Below are positions 25,501-37,335 of a DNA stretch of 64,000 nt, one piece after another. A model generated the notes under the pieces. The model was given only the letters and a program-made list of their open reading frames with translations, was not told the DNA's origin and searched no databases. Source of the DNA: Tubulanus polymorphus (Eukaryota > Animalia > Nemertea). A program made the translations under genes and the position numbers. Each line of letters starts with the position of its first letter. Positions within the stretch are counted from its first letter, which is position 1. Location of the stretch: the NCBI RefSeq assembly GCF_964204645.1, contig NC_134025.1:11408001-11472000 (forward strand), in the 5' to 3' direction.

Positions 25501-28500
25501 CATTCTACTGGCTTAAGACTTTCGCTGCAAGTAAAACGCGTAAATATCGGACTGAAGATCAAAATTGGTTTCACTTGGTAGTACACAAAACCTTGGTATC
25601 AAAAGTACATTATAAAACCACATCTACACTAGGGCGTTGTACCCGGGTTTCAACGTACCTGGGTTCAATGAAAACCCTCGTTCGCGGTAAGTAGCGTCTT
25701 GACTTAATGCAGTTTCGGTAGTAAGAATCAACATAGATGTAGTGCAAGTTCAAGGTCAATTGTGGCGCTCGAATGCAGCATTGAACACGTATTCACATTC
25801 ACACGTAGTCTACATTAGCAAACAAGAGCCCCAAGGGGCACTATGGCCAGCCTGTCAGCTTTTCATAAAATGGCAAATGATGCATTCTGTGGGTTAAATT
25901 TGTCCAAATACACGGCCCAGCTCATAGACTAGTCAATCCCAGGCTAATAATTTACACAATTCAATCATGTTTTCATAAGTATCACAGACAGCGACTGGAG
26001 CTGGCAGGAACAAATAACTCAGATAAATCTTTTCCCTTGGTCTTATTGATTTGAATGCGGAATGGAATAGAATTTTCTGAAAATTGCTCAATAAAACAAA
26101 ATTGAATTGAATTTGCTCTTTTACTTGTTCAATAAAGTAAAATTGAATTGGATTTTATATTTTTTGCAGAATAAAATTTGATTGAATTTCCGTTTGAGCA
26201 CATGGCTAATTTGCATATCAAGGTCATCCATCCGATTTGAGAAAAAGCTATATTTCCCGGACTTTGCACAATTGTCAATGATATTTTCTGTAGTGCAAAT
26301 AAAAACATTCCTCCCAAAAACCAAATCAACTAAAGATTTCACAGAAATCGATATTGAAATACAATTTTAGATCTTAAAATAAAACCCGGAAGTAAAACGG
26401 TAGACGATACCGCGGGTTCACGTGGACACCTGCTGATCTCTGCGGCTAAGCCAATCATAGAGGAGTCTTTGCTTTCTGATTGGCTTTCTAAAACAGATAT
26501 TTTTGCGATCAGATTTTCGCGAAAAAGCTCATAAATTTTAACGAGGCCCTCTTTCAAAATTCAGCTTCATAGGGGTTGGAGAATGGATAATGTTCTAATG
26601 AATGATTTGTATGAATATATGCTCAGTTGCACAGTCAAAGAGCAAATTCGCTCCATTTTAATTTAAATTCGCTCCATTATTATAGGAGCGTAGTGGAGAC
26701 GCATAACCCGGGTACAAAATGCTAGTGTAGACTCGTAAGGGATGAGGATTTACTGCTAAAACTTACTCAAATATTGAACCAGGACCCATCCACGGCATGC
26801 GCGGCGCGTTCGTATGCATCGGACTCGTCGGGTGACCCGGCGCCGGGCTGATAGGACTAACTTGCTGTAGATAACCGGGCGAGTGGTCGCCGCTGCGGTA
26901 ACGAACGCCTTGCCATTGTTGTTGATCGCCTTGGTTACCGTTGTTGGCGCTGTATTGGGACTTGTCGAACTGGAAATACTGCGGCTGGCTGCTGTTGTTG
27001 TAGTTATATCCGGTGTAAAGACGATTGTTGCCCGTGTTGTACGCGTGCAACGGATCGATGTTCTGATGGTGGTTCTCTAGATGTCGTCGCAGAGAACGCG
27101 CGTCCGAGTAGCTTTTGTCGCACCCTTCGAACTTACACTCATACGGTTTTTTGTCGCGATGGGTTAGCATGTGCCCGTTTCTATAAAATGATAATATCAT
27201 ACATTGCCAATCTATAATACTAATTAGTATTGAATTCAAATTAACATCACCACAACAGGTTTTAAGATTTCTAGTCGGAACTTCACCGGTTAGTTTTTCC
27301 TAAATGCTGTTTGATAACAACCCAGTACCGTGGTTACGAGTTGAGATAAACAAATTGAACTAATCAAAATCAAAGAGTCAAATTTAATCCGAGAATAACA
27401 AACAAGAGCTCTCTTAAGTAAGTAGATCAATCCTTATACACGAGCTCCATGAGTAGATATAAGTAGACCGATCAATATACTTACAAGTGATCCTGACGTT
27501 TGAATGCCTTTGAGCAGAGCGAACACACATATTTACGTTCATCACTGTGCGTCAGCTTGTGTTTAGCTATCGCGCTCGAGTTATTGAAGCTTTTACCGCA
27601 AGTGGGACACGTAAGATTCGGCCGACTGCCGGGTGTACGTCCAGACCGTCCCGGGCGTCCTTTAGTTCGCTGCGGCGTGGCCGTTGTCGTCGTGGTTTGC
27701 GGTGTAATCGGTGCCGATGGTTTATCACGTTGTTGAATAGAAGCGACTGATGGCGAACTTCGTCGCTCTTCTGAATTGATAACAGATATTACTCCCCAAA
27801 CAAAATAAAAAATTAAACCAAAACCCTGAACCTGATTTTGATTCACACTGGTAGACTTTTAGGCTGCTACCCTCTAGAAAGCACAGCCATTAAGTGGTTT
27901 AAGCCATCAGTCATTCATTCAAGGATCTTACAAATATAGGAATCATAGGTTAAAATCCTCTAAGGCCGGTTTTATAGCAAAGTATTTACTTTAACCTGGG
28001 GGCTAAGTCAATCGATATTTAACCCATTAGACGCTGCGACTTCATATGAAAAAGTCAAATTTCATGCATACGTAACAAAAGAATGATCCCCAATTGAATT
28101 TGTATATAAAGATTAAGTAGAGATGCAGTGTGAAAACTACTGAAAACGATGCATTACAACCATTGTTATTTTGAAGATAATTATACAGACTTTCTATTGC
28201 TGTATAGATTTGGTCAATCATTGGTCAAAAGTTTGACCTTTGACCCCCTCAAACTATAGATGGCGCTATAGTACAGAGGACGTTGGCAGACGTTCTGCGG
28301 AGATACAAGTCGAATGTCAACAGACGTTCTGCGGTTAAAGGTAATACTAGTCTATGAAATTGGCCTCTGGTGTGGGGGTTAAAGATTTTCTTGTCCAAAA
28401 GTTCTTCTCAGGCATCCCACCCTTATAGAAGTCTTGCATTTGATACCAATGTTTGTTAGCCAACTGATGCATGAGGCTTGCCATGCATAACTACTAAAGA

Positions 28501-29653
28501 TTATATGGATCCAGTTAAGTTAGTTAGAGTTAACTCCGAGTAAAAATGAGTTCATTTTCAATGAGTTAACTCAAAGAGTCAACTCTTAACTCACAACGGT
28601 GGAACTGGGTCCGTTGGGATTAACAAACTTCGAAGGTCTGTCATGTAAATGAATAATTTTTTCGCAGACCAATATGGCGTAATCAAGTACTCGAGCACAC
28701 TACAAGACCTGTATATAAGAGTGAGCGAAAACGAAACCAAGAACCGCGGGAAATTCGTTATCGAACCTACCTTGCCTGGCGCGATCGTCAGCGACTTTGG
28801 GCGCATCACCGATGCCGAAACCCGACGCCGAATCCGAGTACGTATTCGAAGCCAGGTGAAGATCCTGACTCGGTTCGATGTACGCCTCATTCACGTTTCC
28901 GTCGCCGTCGAATAAATCGAACGTCGACGCCGGGTGATTCTCCGGCAAGCGAATGCTGCCGTTCGCGTTCATCGAACTCAAAATGCCATCCTCTAAATTG
29001 CCGATGTTCGCCGTCACATCGAAGCCGCTGTCCTGCAACACGTCGCTGTCATTGTAGTTGATCGCGCTGAGCATCGCGTCGCCGCTTCCCGTCGAGCGTT
29101 GGTAACGCAGTCCGTGGTGACTAGTCAGGCTCTGGTTCGACGACGACGCCGGACTCGCCTGGCTGCCGTCCTGGTACGTCACCGAGATGTTCAACGGCGA
29201 CATTCCCGTCGCCGACGCCTTGTCGTCGCTGATGCCGGCAGGCATCGGCGGCACGAGGTCGTAGCCCTTCGAGTTCTCCGTCTTGATGTTCGCCGCCTGC
29301 GGGAAATTGAAGTTCATGTTCACCGACGGCGAATGGTTGTCGACTTTGATTTGCACTTGCGCGATCGGCGGCGCCGCAGTCTTCTTCTCGTCGTCCGAGT
29401 AAAGATGGTCGAATTGAAACACGTTCTGACTCGAATAGCGCGCGTTCTGGTACGTATTGTTGGACGCGGTGCTATGGTAACCTTGGCTCGTCAGTTGTTG
29501 CTGGTGTTGTATTTGCATTTGCAGATTCTGCGGCAGTAGCCCGTACGCCTGTTGCACCGATGGCGATGTTGCGATCGCCGGCGATGTCGGCACGGGATCC
29601 CGCGGCGACGAAGGTACCGCAGTGGGAGTACCATAATTCGAAGACATTTTCAT
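14066..29653 (-). CDS. TRERF1: TRERF1/ZNF541/MIDEAS-family transcriptional corepressor (C2H2 zinc fingers, polyQ/polyP region, ELM2-SANT domain), ~1520 aa, 15 coding exons
   Basis: Exons (minus strand, all GT-AG, phases consistent): 29653-28771, 27770-27485, 27180-26767, 25524-25422, 24745-22891, 21756-21672, 20980-20931, 20849-20763, 20361-20258, 19788-19713, 19359-19271, 17764-17558, 17039-16992, 15795-15608, 14153-14066 (TGA); total 4563 nt. C2H2 fingers CPTCGKSF..HKLTH, CSLCSKAF..HMLTH, CKFEGCDKSY..HLENHH, CTMCHRRF..ALNGHMRLH, CLYADCSATF..ALNGHIRIH, CKICGKVF..SRSAHMKSH. Family motifs RPEPLFIPP, FQSRLRSP, PPYTPPPMLSPVRKGSGLF; ELM2 PHVNIGAQYQAELP..LLWEP; SANT WTTEEIDLYHQAL..DKDF..ECVEFYYLWKK. 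The symbol is the closest vertebrate paralogue; probably co-orthologous to TRERF1, ZNF541 and MIDEAS. Confidence 0.9.
14934..15340. mobile_element. MITE with AGGCGCTTTTACGAAA TIRs
   Basis: ~23-bp TIRs, internal taaatcga-like repeats, and ttg on both flanks (3-bp TSD). Confidence 0.7.
17209..17514 (-). mobile_element. tRNA-derived SINE with a Deu/Nin-like central domain
   Basis: Minus strand: A box TGGGTGAGTGGTTAGAGC, B box GGTTCAAACCC, core CTCTCCACCCAGGAGTAAATGGGTACC, later CTCCCCAGGGAG, and a 3' GCGCTGTATAAATG..(atc/att)n tail. Confidence 0.7.
19388..19638 (+). mobile_element. Second copy (B) of the hammerhead-bearing fold-back element, in a TRERF1-like intron
   Basis: Same arm termini (ataacgagagaaatccc...ggatttctctcgttat). 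Core CTGATGA 19561-19567 / GGTTAA..TTAGCC / GAAA 19587-19590. The tail is present as its reverse complement on the left (19388-19422). Direct repeat ataaatgatag(t/c)tg at 19374-19387 and 19639-19652. Internal (AT)n expansion. Confidence 0.7.
19490..19542. repeat. (AT)n microsatellite
   Basis: Perfect dinucleotide run inside fold-back element B. Confidence 0.95.
22453..22672. repeat. Recent tandem duplication, 2 x ~112 bp
   Basis: gttttgaaggga.ggatgcatgg...gaattcagaacagtcaaa starts at 22453 and again at 22565, with few mismatches. Confidence 0.85.
25623..26731. mobile_element. TIR element (TCTACACTAG..GTACCCGGGTT) with a probable nested insertion
   Basis: Inverted termini at 25623-25649 and 26705-26731. 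The interior from ~25821 starts with ACAAGAGCCCCAAGGGGC, a Helentron-like end. Confidence 0.5.
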
Positions 29654-30341
29654 TGGTGCTCCTTAGGTTTTGTCATGGAGATTGAGTTGCACCTGAAAAA
29701 TGTAGACACCACGCATTGGTCAGATTGAGCTATGACATTCATTAATCAATAAACCCTAAACCCCTCATAATGCAACAAATATGACTTTGCTCGTAAAGAT
29801 TTCCCGGAGCGCAAGAGCCCCTGTCCTGCCAGTTTTGCCTTGTGGCTCCCGTACTAGCCTTGATGGGGGATAAAAAGGTACTCTTTTTCAAGATTTATTG
29901 GCCCGAAATATCATCTATTATTGCCTTGAAGATATCATATCCCCAAGCCTAAGCTCCTATATTCCTCTTTATTCTCTCCTGCCGAGGTATTGAAGATTTG
30001 AAGGATTGCCAAAAAGTCTTCCCTTATTCAAGTTTAATCAAAGAAAACTGACTATTTTCTTACCGCATTCATTTGGACCTTCAAATTGATACAGAACGGG
30101 TATAAAATGGATGGTTCAATTGCAAGCGCTTGAATGGGCTTAGATCTTGTTGTTGTAATTGAAAATGAAATATTGCCGATGATCTGGAACAAAACATACA
30201 CCCAGTTTGCCATCTTAATTAAATCCAACTGTTTATACCCCTGATCAAACGCGTGCCCCTCGTCTATCTATACTATACAATAAGGGAGAAAAATGTTCCT
30301 ATCTTTGTAAATCTTGGCGATACCCACGGTAAATTCATCAT

Positions 30342-30790
30342 GAATTAGGGGCCCAGGGACGCCATGCCCACTTGATGAAATGCTTGACAATCTGACAATT
30401 TCAATATACAACACCTGGAGAACAAATGCTGTAATCAATGACTTGAAAATCACCACAATCATAGAGCAAGTCATGAGCTGCTATAATTTTGCAATTGATT
30501 TTGTTTTAATACAAAATATGCATAGGTACCTAGCCTATGTGGAAATACCATGTCATTCTGCTATTCAACGCCCCATAGTGAACATACAGTAACAAATTGC
30601 CTTGAGAGTCATCACGATCATAAAATTTTAATTTTTAATGAACTACAAATTTGCTATTGATTGAGGTTACAAATATGCAATAACCAATATGAATGGAAAA
30701 TTGTATAGCCCTACAATTCAATAATTCACTCCCTCAGGTGGTGAGAACAAAAGAATGGGTAACCCCAATTCCATTAAGGGCGTCAACAAT
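30342..30790 (+). repeat. Dispersed Helentron/HINE-like repeat family with internal tandem units
   Basis: Starts aattaggggcccagggacgccatgccc, contains repeated catgagctacaattttgcaattgatt units, ends gagaacaaaa..gggtaaccccaattcc. Other copies at ~9566-9850, ~18455-18750, ~48511-48975, ~54741-55000. Confidence 0.65.
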
Positions 30791-31372
30791 TATCAAATAT
30801 TGGTAAGTTATTCTATAAGTTATCAACTTAGGAGTTTTTTTCATATCCACGAAATCCAACTATAGCCTTATCAGCCATTAATTGTGTCTTGTGTAGGCCT
30901 ACATGTACATACATATATCAAGACAATCCATTGGCCTTCCCCAAAATAACTGGCTTCCGCCTGGTGAAAAATGAATGCAATACACTAAATATGGAGGATG
31001 ATTGCAATAGGAATAGGCAACGGATCGCTGGTAGGCCTTAATAATTAAATGTTTATCCATCATCAGAGCCAAATGAGCAAATGTGGTTCATCCTGCATTC
31101 CAGATTTTTCATGTTTAGACCTAAATGAGGTCTACCTAACGTAAAGCAAATAGCAGGAAAGCAAGTTTCATCATAGTGGATAGCCTACTGCTACTAGGCC
31201 TATAACAAAATTGATAGTAAATCCTTGGCAACTAAATTCTATTCAGCCTTTCATGCAATTTGCACGCCATTGAAATCAACTACTACAGCATTATTTCACC
31301 GGGCCTTCAACATCTGGACACCCCCATCATATTTAGGTGACATTAAGTGATGGTATCGATCATCGGTTTTTT

Positions 31373-31835
31373 AAACGAAGTGGCTATATTTACAGCGTCG
31401 TAAACCAGTCGTAAATTCTATATTTAGGCCTACAACGGTTTTATATAGAATTTAGAATTATGGTCTAGAGGGGAGAGGATTAGTGTCAAGAGGATGATAA
31501 GAGGGTCCAGAGGGTTAGGGTTAGGGTAAGGGTCCATTTTACCCTCTACTAGGGATAGGATAAGGGTAAGGTAAGGCTATATGTAGTAAAAACATTCGAT
31601 TGGTTTTCAGCGAGCTCGGTGGTCTAGTGGTATGATGCTGCGCTAGTAATTTACTGGCCTGGGTTCGAGTCTCGCTCTATCCGCTCAATGTTCTCTAACT
31701 CTATTCTCCACACTTGCCTTGAATTGTCGCGCACCCCATCGGCATGCGCAACGTGAATTAGCCAATCAGAATGAAACGTCGCAAATATAGCTAGTGTCAT
31801 CCATCTACGGCGTCGTAAAAATAGCCTGAGCGTTT
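31373..31835. mobile_element. Element with inverted termini, GGGTTA-like repeats and a tRNA-like segment (Helitron/Helentron-like non-autonomous element)
   Basis: AAACGAAGTGGCTATATTTAC ... GTAAAAATAGCCTGAGCGTTT; GGGTTAGGGTTAGGGTAAGGG at 31512-31532; Pol III A/B boxes at 31620-31671. Confidence 0.55.
31612..31686 (+). pseudogene. tRNA-derived sequence (not a functional tRNA)
   Basis: A box TGGTCTAGTGG and B box GGTTCGAGTC at tRNA spacing, but the anticodon stem does not pair and the acceptor stem is partial. Confidence 0.55.
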
Positions 31836-31956
31836 TTCAAAAGAAAGTGGCACTACATTTCAAAATAGCCTAACTTGCTTCAAAATTGCATGGAACCACA
31901 AGCATATTTAGCTGAAGTTCTGCTGAGTCCTGGAGCAACCGATGCAGGAGGTTTGT

Positions 31957-32649
31957 AGGGGCGGATCTAGGGGGTGAATAGGGTGGCTAGCCACCCCCTC
32001 AAATGCCTTCCAAAAAATTTTTATGAGGGGCTTTTTCGTGTAAATAGCCTATCTCTAAGAAGATGAAATAAGAATGTTATTAGCTGCCTCAGAATCAGAA
32101 CTAACAGTTTGTGACTCTGTATTATATACCTATTGTATGACACGAGCAATCATCTCGATGATTGCTCGTAAGTTAGTGTATCTCCTGCCATTCCGCTAGG
32201 CCGTATATGTATCCGGTAAACGGTCATTTTCCCAATCAAAACTACTTGATTTTTTCCCCAATCTGTGTCAAAATATTCCTAAAACCAGTACCATGACAAA
32301 TCGTAAATTATGATGACAAATGTTTGAAAAATGACCTGCTAAGCTTCCCCCAATCATCTCATTAAAATTATCAACACCTCATCCTGGCCACAGCTCAGCA
32401 GGATATCATAATTTTCACTGAAACCATCGCACAAATGCTGTCAAATTGCACCATTTTCCAGAGGATTTTTCAAAATTTTCTATATGTCGAGGGGGGGACA
32501 TAAATGTTGAGGGGGGACCCCCTCCAGCTCCCCCGTCTTGCGACCTTCGGTCGCTCGGACTTCACCGCTGAGCGGCGCGCTAGTCGCAGTCTCTTCATTA
32601 CGTTTTGTCAGCCACCCCCTTTGAAAAATCCGCCCCTAGATCCGCCCCT
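31957..32649. mobile_element. Non-autonomous DNA transposon with AGGGGCGGATCTAGGGG TIRs
   Basis: 17-bp TIRs; direct repeat ggtttgt on both flanks (31950-31956, 32650-32656). Confidence 0.75.
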
Positions 32650-32826
32650 GGTTTGTTCAATTACAATCCAAAATATTTCGAAATCACGCAACGATGATAC
32701 ATTCGTCGGGCCTGGCTGCTGGTTTGTTATTATATGGGGGGTCGGGGAAAAGATTAAATATTGCGCGGGTTCGTAAGGATGCTGGCCGTATAGACGATTT
32801 TTAACACGGTTCAGTAGTTAACCTAC

Positions 32827-33000
32827 CATTTTATCAGATATTGCTGAGTGATTGAGATGGGTTTAACGATGCATTCGACGCGTGAAAATTGTAGTCATTT
32901 TTTGGATTCATGATGATTGCTAGTACTGACTGTCAACATGGAGGTGCGGGATCTGCGGAATTGCGTTAATCCAATGACGTCATTTTTTACGACGTCAAGT
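32827..33000 (-). promoter_or_regulatory. Candidate promoter and non-coding first exon of the TRERF1-like gene
   Basis: Perfect CRE palindrome ATGACGTCAT (32974-32983) overlapping CCAAT (32971-32975), second CGACGTCA (32990-32997), YY1-like CAACATGG (~32934-32941), donor ATG|gtaggt at 32827/32826 that could join the acceptor at 29692. Confidence 0.5.
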
Positions 33001-33267
33001 TCGAATCCTGAATTAAGATTTCAACAAAATCACGATTAGCGGGTTGATTTTGTCTGTTCGACTTGGTTTTCGATGAAAAATCTCAACTTTGTATCCTGCT
33101 AAAAGAAAGGGTAGCAGATTCAATAGCAGATTTAACAGTGTTGTTTAGCGGGCGAAACTTATTTTTTATTAAGCCGTAATGCTTTTCCTAATCGATCGCC
33201 GTGTTAGTATTCGGATTTAAACTGAACTTGTAACAAAAAGTCTTATATAAATTTCTATTCATCGTTA

Positions 33268-33486
33268 GGCTTTATGAAAATTGCTACCTTATTTGTATAA
33301 ACTCCTTTCTGTTCTTAAAAAGTATGTGACCCGGCCGGCCGCTTACCCTGTTAAATTAATGTTTTTGAAATCATGATTAAGTCAACCATAACAGCAGCTA
33401 TGGAGATGAACTGATTACAAATTTCATTGCGATTTACAAAATGACCCGCCGGCCGATCAGGAGAAAGAAGGTTACATTTGTTAGCC
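33268..33486. mobile_element. Copy of the CCGGCCG Harbinger-like MITE
   Basis: Colinear with 5223-5452 (gacccggccggccgc, atgaactgattacaaa, ggccgatcaggagaaa); TTA on both flanks. Confidence 0.65.
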
Positions 33487-34559
33487 TTATCATAGTAGCC
33501 GGTGCTAAGATTACGAATTTTTCTCAAATATAAATAATTTCTGAAATATCCAACCCCTACTGCACTGAAGGTATTGTCAGATCTAGACTGTAATGATATG
33601 TATACAGTATTTTACACTTTCTAGATTGGAAAAACAAAACGACACTTGGCTGTCGGGTTTCACAATTTGTCACACTTGTGAGAGGAATTCGGTGTGACAA
33701 GAAATTAAGAATTTTAGATAAAGGCTCTTTCGATCTAGATTGTAGAATTAGGGATTTTGGAACTTGTTCAAATTAATTTATTAAAGCGCTCTTACTAAAC
33801 CAAAAACTCACTGTTCCCCAGAACGGCTCGGTGGAATTATTGATTTTTATCAAACATCTGTTCGTAAAAAGAAAAACAATAATCTTGGAATTCATCACTT
33901 GTAACTTAGTAGTGTCACGTGTGTCAGCAAACTGTTTTTAAAAAAATTAGAAAATGGGGGTTTTTGTTATCGCTTTTTATTGATTTTCGGTTATCTGGAA
34001 TCTCTGAAAAAGTATTCATTTTTTGTTTATTTTATTTATTTACTTTGCTTCAGACCATAATGCATCTCATATAGTAAGTATACTATTCTATAAGATAGAT
34101 GCGATGTACTAATGCATAGATGGAAAATGAGAGCTGCTTAACGATATTTCGCCCCAACTTTTTGAATCTAATAATCTCTATGGAACTGGTTAACCAGGAT
34201 GTCATCTATAACTTGCAACTGTGCTGGAAGAGATGACAAATATGGCCATGTTACCGAGTTACTAGCGGGACAGGCCATCATTCTGACCTTTTTCTTAAAG
34301 CCGTGGATCTGTCTTCTTCTTCTTTTTCTAATTAAAATGCGGCTTAGTTTTTTAAAATCAATTCAGGAAGCTTACATGTGTATAGCCTGTGTATTTAAGG
34401 CGGTTTTGCAGTGGTGTCACAAATCTTCTAACATAGCGAATACGAATATTTATTATAACAACATAACTTATTGTCACCACATCGCCATCTACCGTGTTTG
34501 TATGTGGTGACAAGCTGGGACAGAATTGTTCAGGTCGCATTATAGTCGATCAGTCCAAA

Positions 34560-35316
34560 ATGGCGACGTGCATTAACAACGTCAGCTTAGTCATCATAAG
34601 CATTTTAATTTGCTTCGTTTTACAAGTGTCGTCACAGTCTGAGAGCGGCTTTATTCGAGAAGGTTTGTTTGAATTGTTATTTTTGAAAAGATGATTTGGT
34701 AGATTTATCGTAAAAACGGTTTCGTAATTCGATATATCTCGACTGACACTGACTCGACAACCAAATACACTCGTACCTATGCCGCCTTTGTTTGTTGAAA
34801 TTCGGTTCGACAAACACATTTTCAATTTCTTATATCGATTATGAATATTACAAAGATCTACACCTCTTGTCATATAATGTATTACTAGAATATACCAGTA
34901 CGTAATGCGATGTGGTTTTTTCGCAGATAAAAATGATATATATAATCTATATGTACATTACATAGCTATACATTGGCTTTGTTTTCGATTTCTCTTAGTA
35001 AATATACGTACAAATAATGCATTCATTCATTTCTATGTGGCTGTAGAGTATATTAAAAAAACTATATAAAATCTGTTCAGGATGTACTATTTCCGCAATT
35101 GTGGAAGATTTATTTCAAAATCTAGGCTCGGTATGAAATGTTGGAGTATTCGTCAAAACGCCAACATGATATTGACAGTTATCTTATATCACTAAATGAC
35201 ACTCGACCTGGTTCAAGCGGCCAGATTCGTTGCTTAGAAGACGATATATATTTCGTACCCCGATATAACACTCCAACGGGTTCGATCTCAGATTCAACGA
35301 AAAATTGCTTACAAGA

Positions 35317-35392
<76 letters not shown>

Positions 35393-36761
35393 TACTGGGC
35401 ATCATTATTTATGGGTTTTGTGCCACCGGCTTGTAGTCATATAAACGCAATGTAATGTCGCGTTATTTCGGTCGAGTCGCCGTCGTGCCAGCACACGTTT
35501 TGAAAAGTGCTTGAGCGTTTCGAATACCGGGCGACGCTTGTAAAATACACACGGTCTATATCCTATAGCATACACCACATGTTTGTACAATTATTCACGA
35601 ACGCCTCCATCGCAAGACAATGCGTTCATTTGATACATGTAATTTGCACTATGAATACGAACATCACGGTGACTTCAAGCCAAAATAAAAAGAAATCCGT
35701 CACAGGAGATTGTGTAAAATATAGTTTTTGTATAATGGACAAATAAGGTTCGATATTGTCACCAACAAATAAAATATACGTTTTAAATATACAATTTGTA
35801 CCTTAGGGGTTGTTATTATGTAACGAGTGGGGGTTGGGTGTCGAAAAGTTTTTGCAGATTGCTACAAGGGGAGGGGCTGTCACAACATAATAAAATGTTC
35901 AAATTTCTCAGTAAAAAACCTCGAGCAATCTTGTACTGTACTGTAATACTGCCTCTCGGTGGTTTTAACAAGTCAAACTAAAGTTTCCAGTTTCCTAGGG
36001 GATCTGCCAAGATTCGTTACAGTTCGTTATAAGGGGGTATTAAAATTTCCGAAAAAGTGTTACATAATTTTTAACAGTCCCTTTCGTATGTAATCTATCG
36101 TAATCATCACCAAAATAAACGTATAAAGGCGTACCGGGTAATATAACTTTGATACATATCACGGATTGACTGTTCCCACACTTTTTTGTATACGCAATAA
36201 AAAAAGTCTCCGGGTGGTAATGAATATATTGTATTTGCTGGAATTATCATTCACAGAAAAAAAAACATTCAAATGTTACCAATGCAACGTGTTTCGAGGT
36301 AGCATGGCACCGAAAAAATGTGACAATCCGTCGGTCGAAGACGACTGCGAAGTATGTCTGAAGTACGTAACCAATTTGATCACGAACTACGGAAAACCGA
36401 AGTATGGAGGAGTCCATTCTAAAAACGGTAAGAAATAAGGTCCACTGTCCGAAAAATAATCACGTTCACTTGAAATCTTGCGAATTTTGTCCGTGAGAAA
36501 AAATTGTACGTATTAGATTCGGTGATAAATCTCTCATTCTGTATTTCAGAACTTAGCGTCACGTCGAAAGTTTGCATCAAGAAGAATAGCTTTGACGTGG
36601 AACCGGGCGATTATTGCTCATACATGACTGGCAGCAAGGGATATCAACATCAATGTTACTGCACCGGCGAACTATGCAACCACGCCGGCAATCTGAAAGC
36701 ATCGACTGTCCTCGTCCTGGCGGTATCGTTAGCGGCGGCTATGAACTACATACCGCGGTAG
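34560..36761 (+). CDS. Ly6/uPAR (three-finger, LU-domain) GPI-anchored protein, quiver/sleepless-like, 161 aa, 3 exons
   Basis: Exons 34560-34662, 36257-36427, 36550-36761 (phase-1 introns, 486 nt). N-terminal signal peptide (MATCINNVSLVIISILICFVLQVSS), 10-Cys pattern starting KCYQC and ending QCYCTGELCN, hydrophobic C-terminal GPI signal (STVLVLAVSLAAAM). Confidence 0.85.
35319..35390. repeat. (AT)n microsatellite
   Basis: Perfect run in intron 1 of the Ly6 gene. Confidence 0.95.
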
Positions 36762-37227
36762 TCTAATTGAAAAACTGAGATTTGTACATCCACCATCCAC
36801 GGATCTATTTTTTCGTCAATGAAAAAAAACACGTCATCACAAATCTATGAAATTAACGAAACTAAAAAATAATTGTGGCATTCATCGAGAGAATGTCTTG
36901 AATATAACAACTACAAACATAATTTGATAGCACGTCATTTCACGAATCTGTCAGAAAAAAATTTCGCATTTCAATCAACGATACGAATGAAAATGAAAAA
37001 CAGATCTGAAGTTATACATATGATATACGATAAATCCATCCGAGTATAATCCGAATCTCTGGTTGTTTTTTTTTTTTGCTTTTGCATAGATATGTACAAA
37101 CATTATTTTTATCTAAACATATATATATATATGTATACATATATATCACGTCCACTCCGGCCATCCAAAAAAAAATCGATACAAACGAAAAACTCAAAAT
37201 TCTCAGTTTGGACCATCGAATGATCTC

Positions 37228-37335
<108 letters not shown>

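Noticed and set aside
28591-29539. ORFs 29099-29539 (+), 28649-28915 (+) and 28591-28890 (-)
   Set aside because: Shadow frames of the first coding exon.
31500-31580. Interstitial telomere or chromosome fusion scar
   Set aside because: Only 2-3 perfect units, embedded in a transposon-like element.
31612-31686. Functional tRNA gene
   Set aside because: The anticodon and acceptor stems do not pair properly, and it sits inside a repeat.
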